A stretch of 64,000 nucleotides of DNA from a virus (Duplodnaviria; Caudoviricetes). Below, piece after piece: positions 1 to 11,539 of the stretch (its first letter is position 1; every line of letters begins with the position of its first letter). A model generated the notes under the pieces. It was not told where the DNA came from and ran no database searches. It saw only the letters and a program-made list of their open reading frames with translations. Made by a program: the position numbers and the translations under genes. The stretch lies in IMG/VR virus record IMGVR_UViG_2728368993_000001, positions 1 through 64,000 of that record; one strand, given 5' to 3'.

Positions 1-489
1 TCATACCAATGGGGACCCTGATTGTATCAGTCTATATTTTTCACTCATAGTAACTATATAGACCCTTACATTCGTAAGTTCGTCAGTCCTATTGGACATT
101 CTCACCATAAATATTTTAGCATCTCGACCTTTCATAAGCCATATCCTATATAAGCAACTTAGGTTTCTTTCAGCCAACTTCACCTAGCTTCATACACATT
201 CAGGCTACTACCATTACATTCATGGAGGAAGATTAGGTAACTCGTTTCAACTCAACATGACGGCTTTCCTTCTGAGTTTCGGTTAATCAGTTGTAATTGC
301 TTATTTAGTAATTCTCCTATTTCGTGCCTTATGTACTTATAAGGAACCGTTTCGCACCTGTCATAGTTTGTGTCAGATATCAAAACTGTTCATTGCACTT
401 ATTTGACTATACCGCAACATTTGGTTGGTTATTATTCAAAGCAGATTAAATTTCTTTTTTGGGGCACCCTATCTAAGAGGTGACTTAAT

Positions 490-780
490 ATGAATTTTCC
501 AATAATCCATACAAATTTTTGGGATGCTGTGATAGCAGTACCGGTAGTAATGATTCTAACTCAACTAATAAAAGTTTTTTTTAAAGTCCCCGATAAGTTT
601 GTGCCCCTTACTGCACTAATACTGGGTTTATTAATTTCCATTTTCATTAGTCATCGACACAACTTAATTGCAGGTGTTTTTATGGGCTGGTTTTATGGAT
701 ATGCTGCTATTGGCAATTACGCTTCATTAAAAACGGCAGTTATAGCCTTTAAAAATAAACATGGAGCTCCTTTCAAGTAA
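490..780 (+). CDS. small hypothetical membrane protein
   Basis: 96 aa, three hydrophobic segments, AGAGGTG RBS upstream. Confidence 0.7.
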   Translation: MNFPIIHTNFWDAVIAVPVVMILTQLIKVFFKVPDKFVPLTALILGLLISIFISHRHNLIAGVFMGWFYGYAAIGNYASLKTAVIAFKNKHGAPFK

Positions 781-1473
781 GAAAATAATTGAATAATAAT
801 AGCTATGAAATAATGGCTAATAATTTCTACTATTTGATTTAGGATGGTTGTTAGAGAATTAATTAACAGTATGTGTCTAATAACCTTAAAACACCTATTT
901 ATAATTACGAAAATTTTGTGTAAAATGGCTAATGAACAAAAATGAACGTAACATCAATTGCTTAAATACAATTTCATAATTGCCCAGTTGGTGCTGTTAA
1001 TGAATGATTTCTTTAGACAATTCCTTTGGATGTTTTAGTCCAAACGATTGTCATAATCATAGAAATTATTATTAATACATTCATTTAACTCAACTGGAGA
1101 TTAAATGAACTGTACGGTCCAATTCTTTAAAAACATTTTGGATTCGGCTCCAAGTAAACAAATGAAATAAATATAACCGATAATACAACCTAAAAATCCT
1201 TCCTCTACCAACTAATATCTCCGGGTACTATCTTCAAGTGTCAGCTCTTTAAAACGGCAGTTCCTGCGGCAATCGATCCTGCAACTCATCAAGCCGCTGC
1301 CTATCTTCTGTATCTAAAGAGAAATCCATCATGAAATATAGATCAACTTCTTCCAGCAAAAATTCATAGAGAGCGATGTGATTTATGGGCAGTTACTTTT
1401 GAACCTATTTAATTTGTCAAACTGCCCACAAAACAAAACCCTCGATACCAATCGATATCAAGGGTTCTAGCTC

Positions 1474-1531
1474 TTAGTACATATTCATGTATTGCTCGCG
1501 TTCCCATGGGTGGACTTGCGTTCTAAACATA
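1474..1531 (-). repeat. displaced copy of glnA 3' end (att site, outermost in window)
   Basis: Encodes [18 protein letters not shown] with synonymous changes relative to 53379-53436. A hairpin (1435-1468) and GGGCA/TGCCC motifs lie just outside. Confidence 0.95.
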
Positions 1532-1634
1532 CTCTGTGTCATTGAAGCAAAAAACCTATACAAGTTAAAGTAAACAACTATACAGTGTACAATGTCCCTG
1601 TTCTTCTTTCCTCCCATACAGGTGAAAAAAATGA

Positions 1635-1763
1635 GAGCTAGGCTATGTGGTAGACAAGATTAGAAATAAATATGGCTCCGCATCCCTGTTAAGAGCTGTT
1701 TCATATACCTCTGCTGGAACTGCTTTGCATCGGGTCAAACTGGTTGGTGGGCATAAGAGGTAA
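1635..1763 (+). pseudogene. C-terminal fragment of Y-family (UvrX/YqjW-like) DNA polymerase
   Basis: Manual translation ELGYVVDKIRNKYGSASLLRAVSYTSAGTALHRVKLVGGHKR* matches the typical C-terminus of this family. No N-terminus present. Confidence 0.75.
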
Positions 1764-2035
1764 CGAACACCATAATTATTTCAATCCCCGGTTAAGAAAT
1801 AGGTGTGAAGAGTTGATGAGGGTATACATAAAAAAAGCACAAAGCAATTTTCCTTGAAAACTTATGATTTATTAAAATAGGGCTGAGCTTGAGGGAAGGT
1901 AAGAGATTAAATGATTAGTTTCATTTTTACAACCATATAGACACCATCACTTGTGAAGTAAGGGAGAAATGTCCAAGCAAACTTAATCATTTGGAATAAA
2001 CTTAACTAATCCTATATAAGTGAGGTGTTAATTCG

Positions 2036-2764
2036 ATGGGATATTGTTTTATCACTCGAAAAACAGGTCCAAGACAACTCAATCATGAATATTGTCCAAC
2101 AAGCCAGCATGATTGTTGTACAACAAACCCAAAATCGTCGATATTTTTAAGTATTAACCCGTCTACACTATGTTCGTCAAATTCAGGAAATAACACAGGA
2201 TTTATTTCTGGCCAAGTGTTCATAAATGGGAGTCCTGCTGAAGCAGGGGTGATTGTTAGCCTTTCCGTAAGTAACCCGTCTCTTGGTATTCTCATCCCCA
2301 CTGCGACTATTACCAATGCAACTGGGCATTTTACAGCTGTATTTATCGCCACAAACGGTACGGGTACAGTCTCGATTATTGCCACGCTGCCAGATTGTCC
2401 CGGAACAATCGCCAGCATTCCAATTACCATCACCGACTGTTCTCAACCTACCGCAACTATTAATAACTTCAATGCTGCTCAAAATCCCATATGTACAGCC
2501 GGAACAGGTGGAAACACATCCAATCTTTCGGGTCAAGTGTTCGTAAACGGGAGTCCTGCCGGAGGAGTAACTGTACAATTTCAAGTAAATGACAATAATC
2601 TTGGTAGCGTCAATCCATCCTCGGTTACAACGGACACAGCGGGAAATTTTAACGCAACATTTATAGCTAATAGCAATACAGGTATAGCGAACATTACAGC
2701 AACTCTTCCTTCCTATGGAACAAATGCAACTACGTCAATTACCATTAATAACTGTGGTGTTTAG
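2036..2764 (+). CDS. Cys-rich protein with two Ig-like (Big_1/invasin-type) repeats
   Basis: Internal repeat SGQVFxNGSPAxxGVxV...TxxxGxFxAxF occurs twice. GAGGTG RBS, no signal peptide. Confidence 0.75.
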   Translation: MGYCFITRKTGPRQLNHEYCPTSQHDCCTTNPKSSIFLSINPSTLCSSNSGNNTGFISGQVFINGSPAEAGVIVSLSVSNPSLGILIPTATITNATGHFTAVFIATNGTGTVSIIATLPDCPGTIASIPITITDCSQPTATINNFNAAQNPICTAGTGGNTSNLSGQVFVNGSPAGGVTVQFQVNDNNLGSVNPSSVTTDTAGNFNATFIANSNTGIANITATLPSYGTNATTSITINNCGV

Positions 2765-2875
2765 CGAAATAAAGTTTTTTTATTCAACTTACTGGCGCTT
2801 TAGTTTAACAAACGATTATCCAAAAGATGCCCATCTCGATTAAGAGAAGGGACTTTTTCTATGCAAAATATCAAA

Positions 2876-3424
2876 TTACTCTTCAGGGGGCTTACCGACA
2901 TGCGCACTAGCACTAATAAAAATGTCTTCTTCTTTATATAATAAGACGTTAAAATTTCCTGGCTCTTCTGGTTCATACAAATCATCAAAGACATTCTTTA
3001 GAGATTCACTCGTATATTCAATAACTTCCATTTGGGGATTGTCCCGATAGAAATATTCCTTAACCTTTACAGCATCGTTCGGAATCACCTTTTTCATTTC
3101 ATTTAATACTTGTTCTTTCGTCCAATTGGCTTTGTCTGTCCTTATTAACATAAAATAAAAACTATTGGCTTTACCCTCCCAAAAACCTGGTTGTATGTAA
3201 TCGTTTTTAAAACTTGCCAGGTCGTTATTTCCTGAATTAGGTCCATAATTTTGTTCAAACACTTTTAAGGTGTCACCTAACCCACCTTCTGGTGTAATCT
3301 GAGTAACTTCTTTCTCATCATTTTCTTTCTGTTCCTCTTTTGGTTGAGTCTCTATTTTATCAGTACATGCCGTAAGACACAGTAGAGAAAGTGATACTAT
3401 ACTAATTAGTAATATTTTCTTCAT
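2876..3424 (-). CDS. lipoprotein (moron), near-identical paralog of 37083-37631
   Basis: MKKILL...LTAC lipobox, AGGAGGG RBS. Confidence 0.85.
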   Translation of the reverse strand: MKKILLISIVSLSLLCLTACTDKIETQPKEEQKENDEKEVTQITPEGGLGDTLKVFEQNYGPNSGNNDLASFKNDYIQPGFWEGKANSFYFMLIRTDKANWTKEQVLNEMKKVIPNDAVKVKEYFYRDNPQMEVIEYTSESLKNVFDDLYEPEEPGNFNVLLYKEEDIFISASAHVGKPPEE

Positions 3425-3911
3425 TTTTACACCCCTCCTAACAACTACCATTTATTTTATCATAGTATGTAGTGAAGAATTAGGATTTATTTAACAGAAA
3501 TATCAATGGGGTAAAGCCCCCCTCAATTAAAAGAAGGGCTTTTATTTTACAAAACCTTTACAAGGACTTTTATCCTGTACGTCAAATATAAATGGTGTGA
3601 GTTTCTAACTATAGGAGGGATTAGATGGGGAATATTGGAGAACGATGGTATGAATTAAAGGAACATAATTGGTGTAATTACGTACTTACATTTTGTGATT
3701 GGTTTTGATATTACCGCAGAGGAAAAATAAAATTTACTGTCTATGATTTCCGAGATTGTTATAATGCGTCCGCTTCAAATGGAAAACTAACTGTTTATCA
3801 ATGTTTCGGAAGTGCACCAGAACAAGCAAAGGAAATGGCTATTTGGATATTGTTAAATTTTAGCAGTAATAAAAGCAGAGCCCCTATTCGTATAAAATAA
3901 GGACTCTTTGT

Positions 3912-4712
3912 TTACTTCCCTGTGATATAACCTCGATCAATAGCTACGTATACCAACTCTAGAGCTTGAGCGACAGTTAATTCTCCCTTAGCTTGCTTTT
4001 CACGCCACTCTTTTCCTAGCGCTGGGTCTTTGTTCTCGAAACGTGATAATACTCTCAATACTGCGTTAGCAGCTTCTTGAGTACTTGGTTTAAATGGTTG
4101 ACTCATTTCGTCTTCCCCCTTATTAATTGCTGCAGGTATAACGATTTTCTTTGCGCTTAAATTTAAAAACTTAGCGACACCTCGTGCATAGGCAGCTGCC
4201 ATGTCCTTAATAAAACTATTATTCTTTAGCAGATCTGCATCTTTGGAGTCGATATAAGCAATTTCTGTTAAAACAGCTGGCATATTAGTTTGCCGAACAA
4301 CAGCAAGATTACCTTGTTTCTTGTCGTCACCATGTGGGCCTAAACCGTATTTCTTAGCAGTTTCAAGGGCTTCCGTATTTACTAGGCTTTGCAGTTTTAT
4401 AGAACCAGCACTTGGTTTTGTATAAATATAAGACTCATAGCCTGTACCTCCACCAGCGTTCACATGATTGGAGATAAATACATCTGCCCCATCTTTATTA
4501 GCTATATCAGCACGTTCAGATAGTTCTAAAAAAACATCTGTGGACCGTGTAAGTGTCGTGTCATGACCTGTAAAGTTTTCATCAAGATATTTTTTCATTT
4601 CTTTTGAGATATCCAAAACGAGGTTTTTTTCTTGCAGTCCGTTTGCTACCCCACCCGGATCTTTCCCGCCATGTCCTGGATCCATTTTGATTATTTTTAC
4701 CATCGTTATCAC
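3912..4712 (-). CDS. phage endolysin, N-acetylmuramoyl-L-alanine amidase (Amidase_3)
   Basis: DPGHGGKDPG, EKNLVL, SNHVNA and PAVLTE motifs; lies next to a holin. Confidence 0.92.
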   Translation of the reverse strand: MITMVKIIKMDPGHGGKDPGGVANGLQEKNLVLDISKEMKKYLDENFTGHDTTLTRSTDVFLELSERADIANKDGADVFISNHVNAGGGTGYESYIYTKPSAGSIKLQSLVNTEALETAKKYGLGPHGDDKKQGNLAVVRQTNMPAVLTEIAYIDSKDADLLKNNSFIKDMAAAYARGVAKFLNLSAKKIVIPAAINKGEDEMSQPFKPSTQEAANAVLRVLSRFENKDPALGKEWREKQAKGELTVAQALELVYVAIDRGYITGK

Positions 4713-4758
4713 CTCATATTTTATTTATATGAATAAAAAATCCATCCGTGTGGACGAC

Positions 4759-4965
4759 CTATTTTTCCTTCTTAAACCAGCCTGTATGGGTGTTCTTCCA
4801 AATCACATACACATTGACGACTAGTGCGGCAAATGCAGAAACAAGAACCACAAAAGCATTAATACTTTGTTCCGTAAACCACTCAAATGCAATTCCAACA
4901 GTGGACAAGAAAAAAAGAAGGGCTGTAAGGAACCCTCCTAGTAACATAGCTATATCTTTTTTCAT
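4759..4965 (-). CDS. phage holin
   Basis: 68 aa, two TM helices, WKNT motif, directly upstream of the endolysin. Confidence 0.75.
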   Translation of the reverse strand: MKKDIAMLLGGFLTALLFFLSTVGIAFEWFTEQSINAFVVLVSAFAALVVNVYVIWKNTHTGWFKKEK

Positions 4966-4988
4966 CTCAATGACCTCCCTTTAAAACA

Positions 4989-5240
4989 TTATAAAAAAAT
5001 AGCGATAGCCCCGCCGATAATACCGGTGCTAATCGCTGTGACAATAGTTGCTGCTATGGTCCTTTTAATCCATGTAGTATTCTCGTCAATTTTGTTCAAT
5101 TTCTCATTCATCGATATTATCTGCTGATCATGACGATCTGATGTTCTTTCTAAGACATTGACCCGATTTTCTAGTAATTTAATGTCACTCTTAATTTCTG
5201 TTATTTCTTTATCATTCGTGTTCAGTGCAGTTCCCTCCAA
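4989..5240 (-). CDS. XhlA-family hemolysin/lysis protein
   Basis: Coiled coil plus KIDENTTWIKRTI plus C-terminal TM; lysis-cassette position. Confidence 0.85.
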   Translation of the reverse strand: MEGTALNTNDKEITEIKSDIKLLENRVNVLERTSDRHDQQIISMNEKLNKIDENTTWIKRTIAATIVTAISTGIIGGAIAIFL

Positions 5241-5506
5241 TGACCATCGCCCCCTTTTATACAGACTTTTTTTACAGTAAAGGTATTATTTAGATTATTC
5301 GCTACGCCGGTAATAAATTTTTTATTAACTCCTCCAGTAAGGCTTATTGTTGCATAATTATCCGGCTTACTAATCCATTTATTAGGAGTTAATTTAATTA
5401 AGCCGCTTTCTTTATTATAAACGACCACCTTTTCGTAACTTCCAGAACCAATATTAGGATTTTCTTTTAAATGAAGAGACTCGAAAATCTTGGCATAATT
5501 AAACAA
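5222..5506 (-). pseudogene. C-terminal fragment of a phage structural or hypothetical gene
   Basis: ORF without RBS, directly upstream of xhlA; appears truncated by a deletion. Confidence 0.4.
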
Positions 5507-5509
5507 GTG

Positions 5510-6027
5510 GCTATGAAACGTAAAAAAGATATGCTGCAGACAGCTAATGCGATAATCATCATCCCTGTGGAAAAACTACTGTCGAAAAGTCCTATAAGTG
5601 TCCGGCCATTAAAACAACTTCTAATCCCTTAAAACAAAATATAAATCATAATACACGTAATGATATGCCTCATTTTTCTAATGTGGATAATTCTGTGGAT
5701 GAACCCTTTGAACAAGCTAATTTTATAGCTCATTGGATTCCAGAAAGATTTTCTAACCTAGCAAGCTTTTTTATCATGAGGCTAATACTATTCAAGAGTT
5801 TTGAAGAATTGTTAAACAGTGTAATAAAGTTGTTAATACCGTTACACAAGCTAGATGCTTCGATGATCACCATGAACTAAGTATTGCTATCCAGGCATTT
5901 AAGGCATTTGTCATGAAAATAAAAAATGGTGTGCGAATCGATAACATATTTGGCTACTTTAACGGAATTGTGAACAAACTCATGGACAAGCTATACTTTG
6001 ATGTTGATTTTATGGGTATTAATTAAT
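5510..6027 (+). pseudogene. degraded phage HTH/replication-type protein (C-terminal part)
   Basis: Reading across a frameshift and a stop gives ANFIAHWIPERFSNLASFF/YHEANTIQEF*RIVKQ...IFGYFNGIVNKLMDKLYF. Confidence 0.5.
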
Positions 6028-6226
6028 CTCTGCAAAAGTGCATGGACATCAAGTATAAGTTGTTACTTCGCAAATGGTTTTTTATGTTCGCAGGTAATGT
6101 ATGAAAATACTAAAGGAGTTATCTCTAGGTACACACACTCATTTTGTAATATATTTGTAAGATTTATAACACAAAAAATAAATATGGTAGATTTATACAT
6201 ACAAAATAGAGTGAGGAGAGAGATAA

Positions 6227-6687
6227 ATGTATAAAGAATTGTTGTTATAGCAACTATGAGCCTTTGTCTTTTTGCATGTAGTTCAACAGAAAGTAAAGAG
6301 GATAGTAACAGCGCAGAAAAAGTAAATGAAATTGAGAAAAATATTGTATCTATTGAAGACGAAAATAAAGAAACTCAAGAAATAAACAATCCTAACCCGG
6401 ATGTTCAGGATTTTCAGGAACTAGCTATAAAAGAAGTAGTAACTACAAAAGATGAGAATAAGACAGAGCCAATAAACAATGATGACAAAGAGCCGGATAC
6501 TTATGTCCTTGATGGTCAAACGTATGTAAAATGGATGGATGACCCATATTCTATTGATCATGCCATATATTATTTATTTCATATTGATTTGACCCTCTGC
6601 AATCTTTTTAACAAGTATGGATGGATAAGAGATTTCTCCCTTGTCGCTCATATACATAATATCAACGGGCATTTTCTCTTCGTATGA
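6227..6687 (+). pseudogene. frameshifted or truncated lipoprotein
   Basis: RBS and ATG at 6227 are out of frame with the SLCLFAC lipobox; the 3' part appears fused to unrelated DNA. Confidence 0.5.
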
Positions 6688-6908
6688 ATACATAAACAAA
6701 CCTTTCATTTTTATTAAGCCGTTCTCCTTGGGAGTACCCGCAGGTCTAAAAACACATATAAAAGTATGGATAATAGCAGACGAATCTGCATATGAACTCG
6801 CTCTGTTTTTTATTGATTTAACAACATTTTCGTGTGTATGATAGGTAAAATCGCATCTACTCTCCTTTTTGGGTAGAGAAAAAGGAGCCTATAAAGCTCC
6901 TCCTATGT

Positions 6909-8318
6909 TCACTCTACGAGATTATAATACTTCTTAACATCATAGCCATTTCCTTTGTAGTAATCTAATATTCCTAGAAAAATAGCATCCGCTGCTTTTT
7001 GACGCCAAGATGGTGATGCTAATTTTTCATTATCAGAGGCATTACTTATGAAGCCTAACTCCGCAAGCACAGCAGGCATGTTCGTTTTTTTAAGAACTAA
7101 ATATTTATTGGTTTTCACTTTACGATCTCTGAGATTCCAAGCTTCAATTAGTCTTGCTTGAATGGCTTTTGCTAGTTCTGCACTTTCAGTAATTCTAGTA
7201 TTAGTCGCAGCAGACTTATAATAATAGGTCTCAGTTCCGTTTGCACTGCTATCGTCAACAGAATTCGCATGAATGCTGACGAAAATATCCGCTTTTAAAT
7301 TATTAGCAAAAGCTGACCGGTTATCTGGAGAGATATAAACATCTTTCTCTCTAGTAAGCTGAACATCAAATGGTGTTTGTTTTAACAATTGCTTGACCTT
7401 TAGAGCAGTATCTAAGACAACCGTTTTTTCATAGAGACCAAAACCAACTGCTCCCGGGTCTGTACCGCCGTGACCTGGATCGATGACAATCGTTTTATCC
7501 GCCAAAGGTGATGATGCAGGTGGTGCGTCGACTGAAGAACTTACGTATGAACTACTAACAAACCCTTCTTTTGCACCCGTTTGAATGTATATCCAGTTTC
7601 CTACTTTGTGCGCTGATTTCACACTTGCTCCATTAGCAACTGATGCAACCACTGGGTATTTCGTAGTTGGGCCTGATCGAACATTTAATGAATTTGATGT
7701 TACGAATAATTCATTGCTAAAGGTAACTGAAGAATTAACACGCAGTTTGGGATTTATGGCTCTTGCCAAGAAAATAGAAAAATCCATTCGCGTTAATGAA
7801 TGATCCGCTCCAAATGAGCCATTCGTCATTCCTTGAGCAATTCCTATGCTCATCAGAGCATTTGCTGCACCCGATAGCGTACCTCCGAATTCGTAGCCAA
7901 ATGCTTTACTAATCATGACAGCCATTTCTCCGCGGCTAACAACAGCCGCAGGCCTAAATATGCCACCGCCATAACCCGATAAAATCTTCTTATCTACTGC
8001 CGATTGTATGTATCCTGATGCAAAGTTACCCGAACCGACATCTTTGAACTCTGTTGGCCTCTGTTGTCCATTTAGTTCCAGGGCTCTTCCTATCATCGCT
8101 GCTGCTTGATCTCTTGTAACTAAATCATTCGGATTGAATCTACCATTCAGTGATCCGCTAACAATATCACCAGTAGCTAGATAGGTAATTTCATTGTAAG
8201 CTCGATGATTTTGAGAGATATCTGTAAACGTATTGGAAGCATGGACTTTTGAACCTCCCAGAGGTATCCAAAGACTAATCAACAAAACAATACTGAGAAG
8301 CAATTTAGTTTTCTTCAT
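6909..8318 (-). CDS. SLH + SH3b + Amidase_3 cell-wall amidase
   Basis: Signal peptide, three SLH repeats (FxD..., G.F.P...vTR), SH3b (LNVRSGP), amidase motifs (IDPGHGG, SIHANS, PAVLAE). Start assigned by AAAGGAGG RBS. Confidence 0.92.
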   Translation of the reverse strand: MKKTKLLLSIVLLISLWIPLGGSKVHASNTFTDISQNHRAYNEITYLATGDIVSGSLNGRFNPNDLVTRDQAAAMIGRALELNGQQRPTEFKDVGSGNFASGYIQSAVDKKILSGYGGGIFRPAAVVSRGEMAVMISKAFGYEFGGTLSGAANALMSIGIAQGMTNGSFGADHSLTRMDFSIFLARAINPKLRVNSSVTFSNELFVTSNSLNVRSGPTTKYPVVASVANGASVKSAHKVGNWIYIQTGAKEGFVSSSYVSSSVDAPPASSPLADKTIVIDPGHGGTDPGAVGFGLYEKTVVLDTALKVKQLLKQTPFDVQLTREKDVYISPDNRSAFANNLKADIFVSIHANSVDDSSANGTETYYYKSAATNTRITESAELAKAIQARLIEAWNLRDRKVKTNKYLVLKKTNMPAVLAELGFISNASDNEKLASPSWRQKAADAIFLGILDYYKGNGYDVKKYYNLVE

Positions 8319-8575
8319 CCTACTGTGTGTTCCTCCTTTTATTTTCACTGTCATTTTACCACACAGCTCGACATTTAGAAACAAAAAATGGTAATTTATC
8401 AAAATAGTACTAATGAGAAATGGGCGATATCGGATAATGAGAAAGCTTGTGTAGTAAAGGATTTTTCTCCCGCTCGAATAAAGAGAAGAATGGAGCTGTT
8501 CTGTTCTCTAATATGCCATCATAAGCCTTCTCTCTTTAATTAGTAACTTTTGGTAGTAATAATGATGGTAATTAT

Positions 8576-8833
8576 ATGCCTAAATCGAGTTTATTTAACT
8601 CATTTGTCAGGATATTAAAAAAGTGCGGTCTCCCTTCACTCCCTATCCATTCATTGAGACATACACATGCTGTTTTGCAGTTAGAAGCCGGTGCAGACAT
8701 GAAATATATCCAAGAACGGTTAGGCCATGGAAGTATGCAAATAACTTCTGAGGTTTATTCGCACATCAGTAAAAAAATCGATCAAGACCAAATGAACAAA
8801 TTCGAAAAACATATGAAAAATGTCCTTGAATAA
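8576..8833 (+). pseudogene. tyrosine integrase C-terminal fragment
   Basis: HSLRHTHA...ERLGH...YSH; nearly identical to the ends of 11855-12322 and 32149-32651. Confidence 0.9.
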
Positions 8834-8876
8834 TTTATTTTTTGGAAATTATTGGGCAATTGCTAAATTCACAAAT

Positions 8877-9269
8877 TTAACGTTCAATAACTTCTGCTTC
8901 TATGATCTTATTGCCTTCAAAGTAAATATCATACACAGGGTATTTCGCTTTCTTATTGGCTAAATCTAAAGACATATTATTATACCTAGTAAAAATTCTT
9001 ACTTGATTTTCTGATCTAGTATATTCATATTGGTATGCGATTTCCGGATCATCTTTAAATACAATCTTCTGATACCAACACCCATTTTTAGAGTCATATG
9101 AATCTACAAGTATATCACTATTCTCTTTAGATGCTCCTTGATATTCAATTACTCTTGCTATTCTTTCATTAGCCCGTTTTTCATAAAGGAAAAAGTTTAG
9201 TTTTATTCCTCCCCATACCAGAAAAAAAATTAGAAACATTGAAAATAAAACTATTAGAAACTTTTTCAT
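8877..9269 (-). CDS. membrane-anchored protein (DUF3139-like), paralog of 43314-43700
   Basis: N-terminal TM, FKDDPEIxYQYEY motif. Confidence 0.75.
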   Translation of the reverse strand: MKKFLIVLFSMFLIFFLVWGGIKLNFFLYEKRANERIARVIEYQGASKENSDILVDSYDSKNGCWYQKIVFKDDPEIAYQYEYTRSENQVRIFTRYNNMSLDLANKKAKYPVYDIYFEGNKIIEAEVIER

Positions 9270-9468
9270 TCTTTACAACATCCTTTTGGTGTAATTTTAC
9301 ACTTTTAAGTTTAATGTAAAAAATGGATATTGGCAAACCTGTTTTGTTACAAGCCACACATAAAAGAAGACATAAAAAATACACCTACTTTTCAGTAGTG
9401 CTTGCTGCACTTCTTCTTCCTAATGTATAAGAAAAAACCCCACCAAAAGGCGAGATTGTTTACCTGAA

Positions 9469-9974
9469 TTATGGAAATTGAGTAACTTCTACCAAAGTCC
9501 ATGTTTCTGAAACTTCATCATAGGTTGCTTTATACATGCTTACAGAATCATTACTTCTTTTAACACCAAATGAGACACTGATTTCATCAGAACTTGGTTG
9601 AATGTCTACATTAAAATTAAAGCTTTGGAACTTAAAACAATATACCTGGTTATCGTTCAAATAATCCCCATCCTGTGACATGCATCTGTCTTGAATAAGA
9701 AACCTTTCCATCTTCGGCAGCCTAGCTACTGCTCTTTCTAATCTTTCACAGTATTCTTTTCTATATCTTTGTTGATCAGCATTATAGATTGCGATTGAGC
9801 CTGTTTGATTAGTAGGACCATGATAACGAACTTTTGAGCTCTCTGTTATAGAAGCTCCCGTTCTTCAACGATTAAGTATTTATATAAGCGATATTTCTCC
9901 AATTCTGCTTCCACAGCTGATTGTGTAGCTTTTCTATCTAATTCAGGTAATTCAAAGGTCATCGTATCCCTCAT
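9469..9974 (-). pseudogene. frameshifted ArpU-family phage regulator fused by deletion to an unrelated C-terminus
   Basis: Minus strand reads FELPELDRKATQSAVEAELEKYRLYKY...RLPKMERFLI...VYCFKFQ, then switches to unrelated sequence. Confidence 0.65.
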
Positions 9975-10014
9975 TTCTCAGGAACACCCTGAGCCGAAAC
10001 CCAGGGCGAAAAGA

Positions 10015-10449
10015 TTAATGTTTAACTGCTGCTTCTTCTAGTTCAAGTTGTCCAGGAACAACACTTGCCGTTCCATCTTTATCAATTGAATATTCCACAC
10101 CTGCATACGGATCTTCATAGAATTCCTCAATAGACATTTGTGAAGGTTGAAGTACTAGAGAAACATTCCCACCAGCATGAGGATAGAGTTTATTTACCTT
10201 ACCTTCAGTATCACCTTTAATATTGAATTTAAGAACTGTTTTCTTATTATCCCGTTGGATAGATACGAATTCAGCACCAATTGCCTTCGTGTCGCTTTCT
10301 TCCACAGTTAGAAGAGTGATTAAACAGGCATTTTTAAAAGTTCATCAGCATGTGGTAATTCATCGCTTAATACATGGAACATCAGGACCTCTTTTTTTAT
10401 CATCCTTTTGCAGCTTTTTAAATAAAACGTTCAATTTTACAGTTGTCAT
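10015..10449 (-). pseudogene. phage hypothetical protein (disrupted)
   Basis: Two related halves (MTTVKLNVLFKKLQKDDKKEVLMFHV; GAEFVSIQRDNKKTVLKFNIKG) separated by disruptions. Confidence 0.55.
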
Positions 10450-10614
10450 GAATAGCACTCCTTTAATAGTGGTTTTTAAGAGATTAATGAACAAGTAGAC
10501 TAATTACACCTAAAACATAAGATAGTAGATTAACTGCATGATTTCTAGCCTTAGAAAGCCTTTCAGATGCTTTTCGTTTCTGTTCTTCGGACATCACACG
10601 GGGATTTCTCATAC

Positions 10615-10800
10615 TTACCTGCTTTCCGATAAAACACCCTTTACAGCGATCGGTCTATCATCCTCCGATTCTATGACGATTAACTCACACAAATTTGAAA
10701 GTTTTCTAATGTGTTTCGGAACGGTAGAGTAAACCATCCATTCACCTGTACTGTTTTCAAAAACCAATGAAGTTTCTTGTTCTTCACGAGAATATCCCAT
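10615..10800 (-). CDS. small phage hypothetical protein, possibly frameshifted at the 3' end
   Basis: MGYSREEQETSLVF...WMVYSTVPKHIRKL; AGGTGG RBS. Confidence 0.6.
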   Translation of the reverse strand: MGYSREEQETSLVFENSTGEWMVYSTVPKHIRKLSNLCELIVIESEDDRPIAVKGVLSESR

Positions 10801-11184
10801 GCGTAAATTACCACCTTTGTTTATTTGCTAGTTAAAAGCTCCTTACGGCCTTTTAACGATTGCGAGACCAAAATTTACCCTTGAAATAAAAATTAACGCG
10901 AATTTAACACTATTATGCGGTACTTATTTTTGTCGAATCTTGTAAAATAATTCTATTTCGTACTTTTTTGATCTTTCGGAACTTCCGAATGGGTTCCGAA
11001 TGGTTTCGAGTGTTTCAGAGGGATGTTTCGAATCATTCGGAAGTTGAGTTTGTGTCAAATGTTGACTGTTGCGATTTTAAACATATTGTTACTTCTTCAT
11101 AAATCAGAACAATAAATTGTTCCATTTTCACTCAATTTATTGCATAATTTACTAATACATTTAAAATTTAGGAGCTAAAATATT

Positions 11185-11358
11185 ATGCTAAAACACTTAA
11201 ATTGCACTGTATTGTACAAAAATATTAATATGTTAAAAAATCAAATGATTAAATCAGGTATGGAAAATGGAATCTCTAGTCCCGAAACTATTAAATATAG
11301 TCAAGAACTAGACAAGTTGATTTATCAGTATCAACGTTTGGATAAAACCACTTATTAG
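11185..11358 (+). CDS. Spo0E-family aspartyl-phosphate phosphatase (57 aa, not in ORF track)
   Basis: MIKSGMENGISSPETIKYSQELDKLIYQYQ contains the SQELD signature; AGGAG RBS. Confidence 0.8.
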   Translation: MLKHLNCTVLYKNINMLKNQMIKSGMENGISSPETIKYSQELDKLIYQYQRLDKTTY

Positions 11359-11539
11359 TATTACTTTTCATATCCAATTCACGAAACGAAGCTAAAACCA
11401 ATTCGTATTTCAATTCATCTAGGGTGTCGATAGCATCTTCTTGTAACGAATGTGTCATGTTCATTTATTTCGATCGATCAATGACAATATTTCGTTTCAA
11501 TTCATCTTGATAAACAGCATTCATTCGATCACCCCAAAG

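Noticed and set aside
1-183. 60-aa ORF at the window edge
   Set aside because: No recognisable motif or RBS; not supportable
2083-2584. Overlapping alternative ORFs in the Ig-protein gene, and similar shadow ORFs within glnA, MCP, ynbB, spoVK and hfq
   Set aside because: Antisense or alternative-frame shadows of well-supported genes with no motifs or RBS
6909-8318. SLH amidase as the 5' exon partner of the cassettes
   Set aside because: It is a complete uninterrupted ORF, has no intron 5' half, and lies downstream of the cassettes
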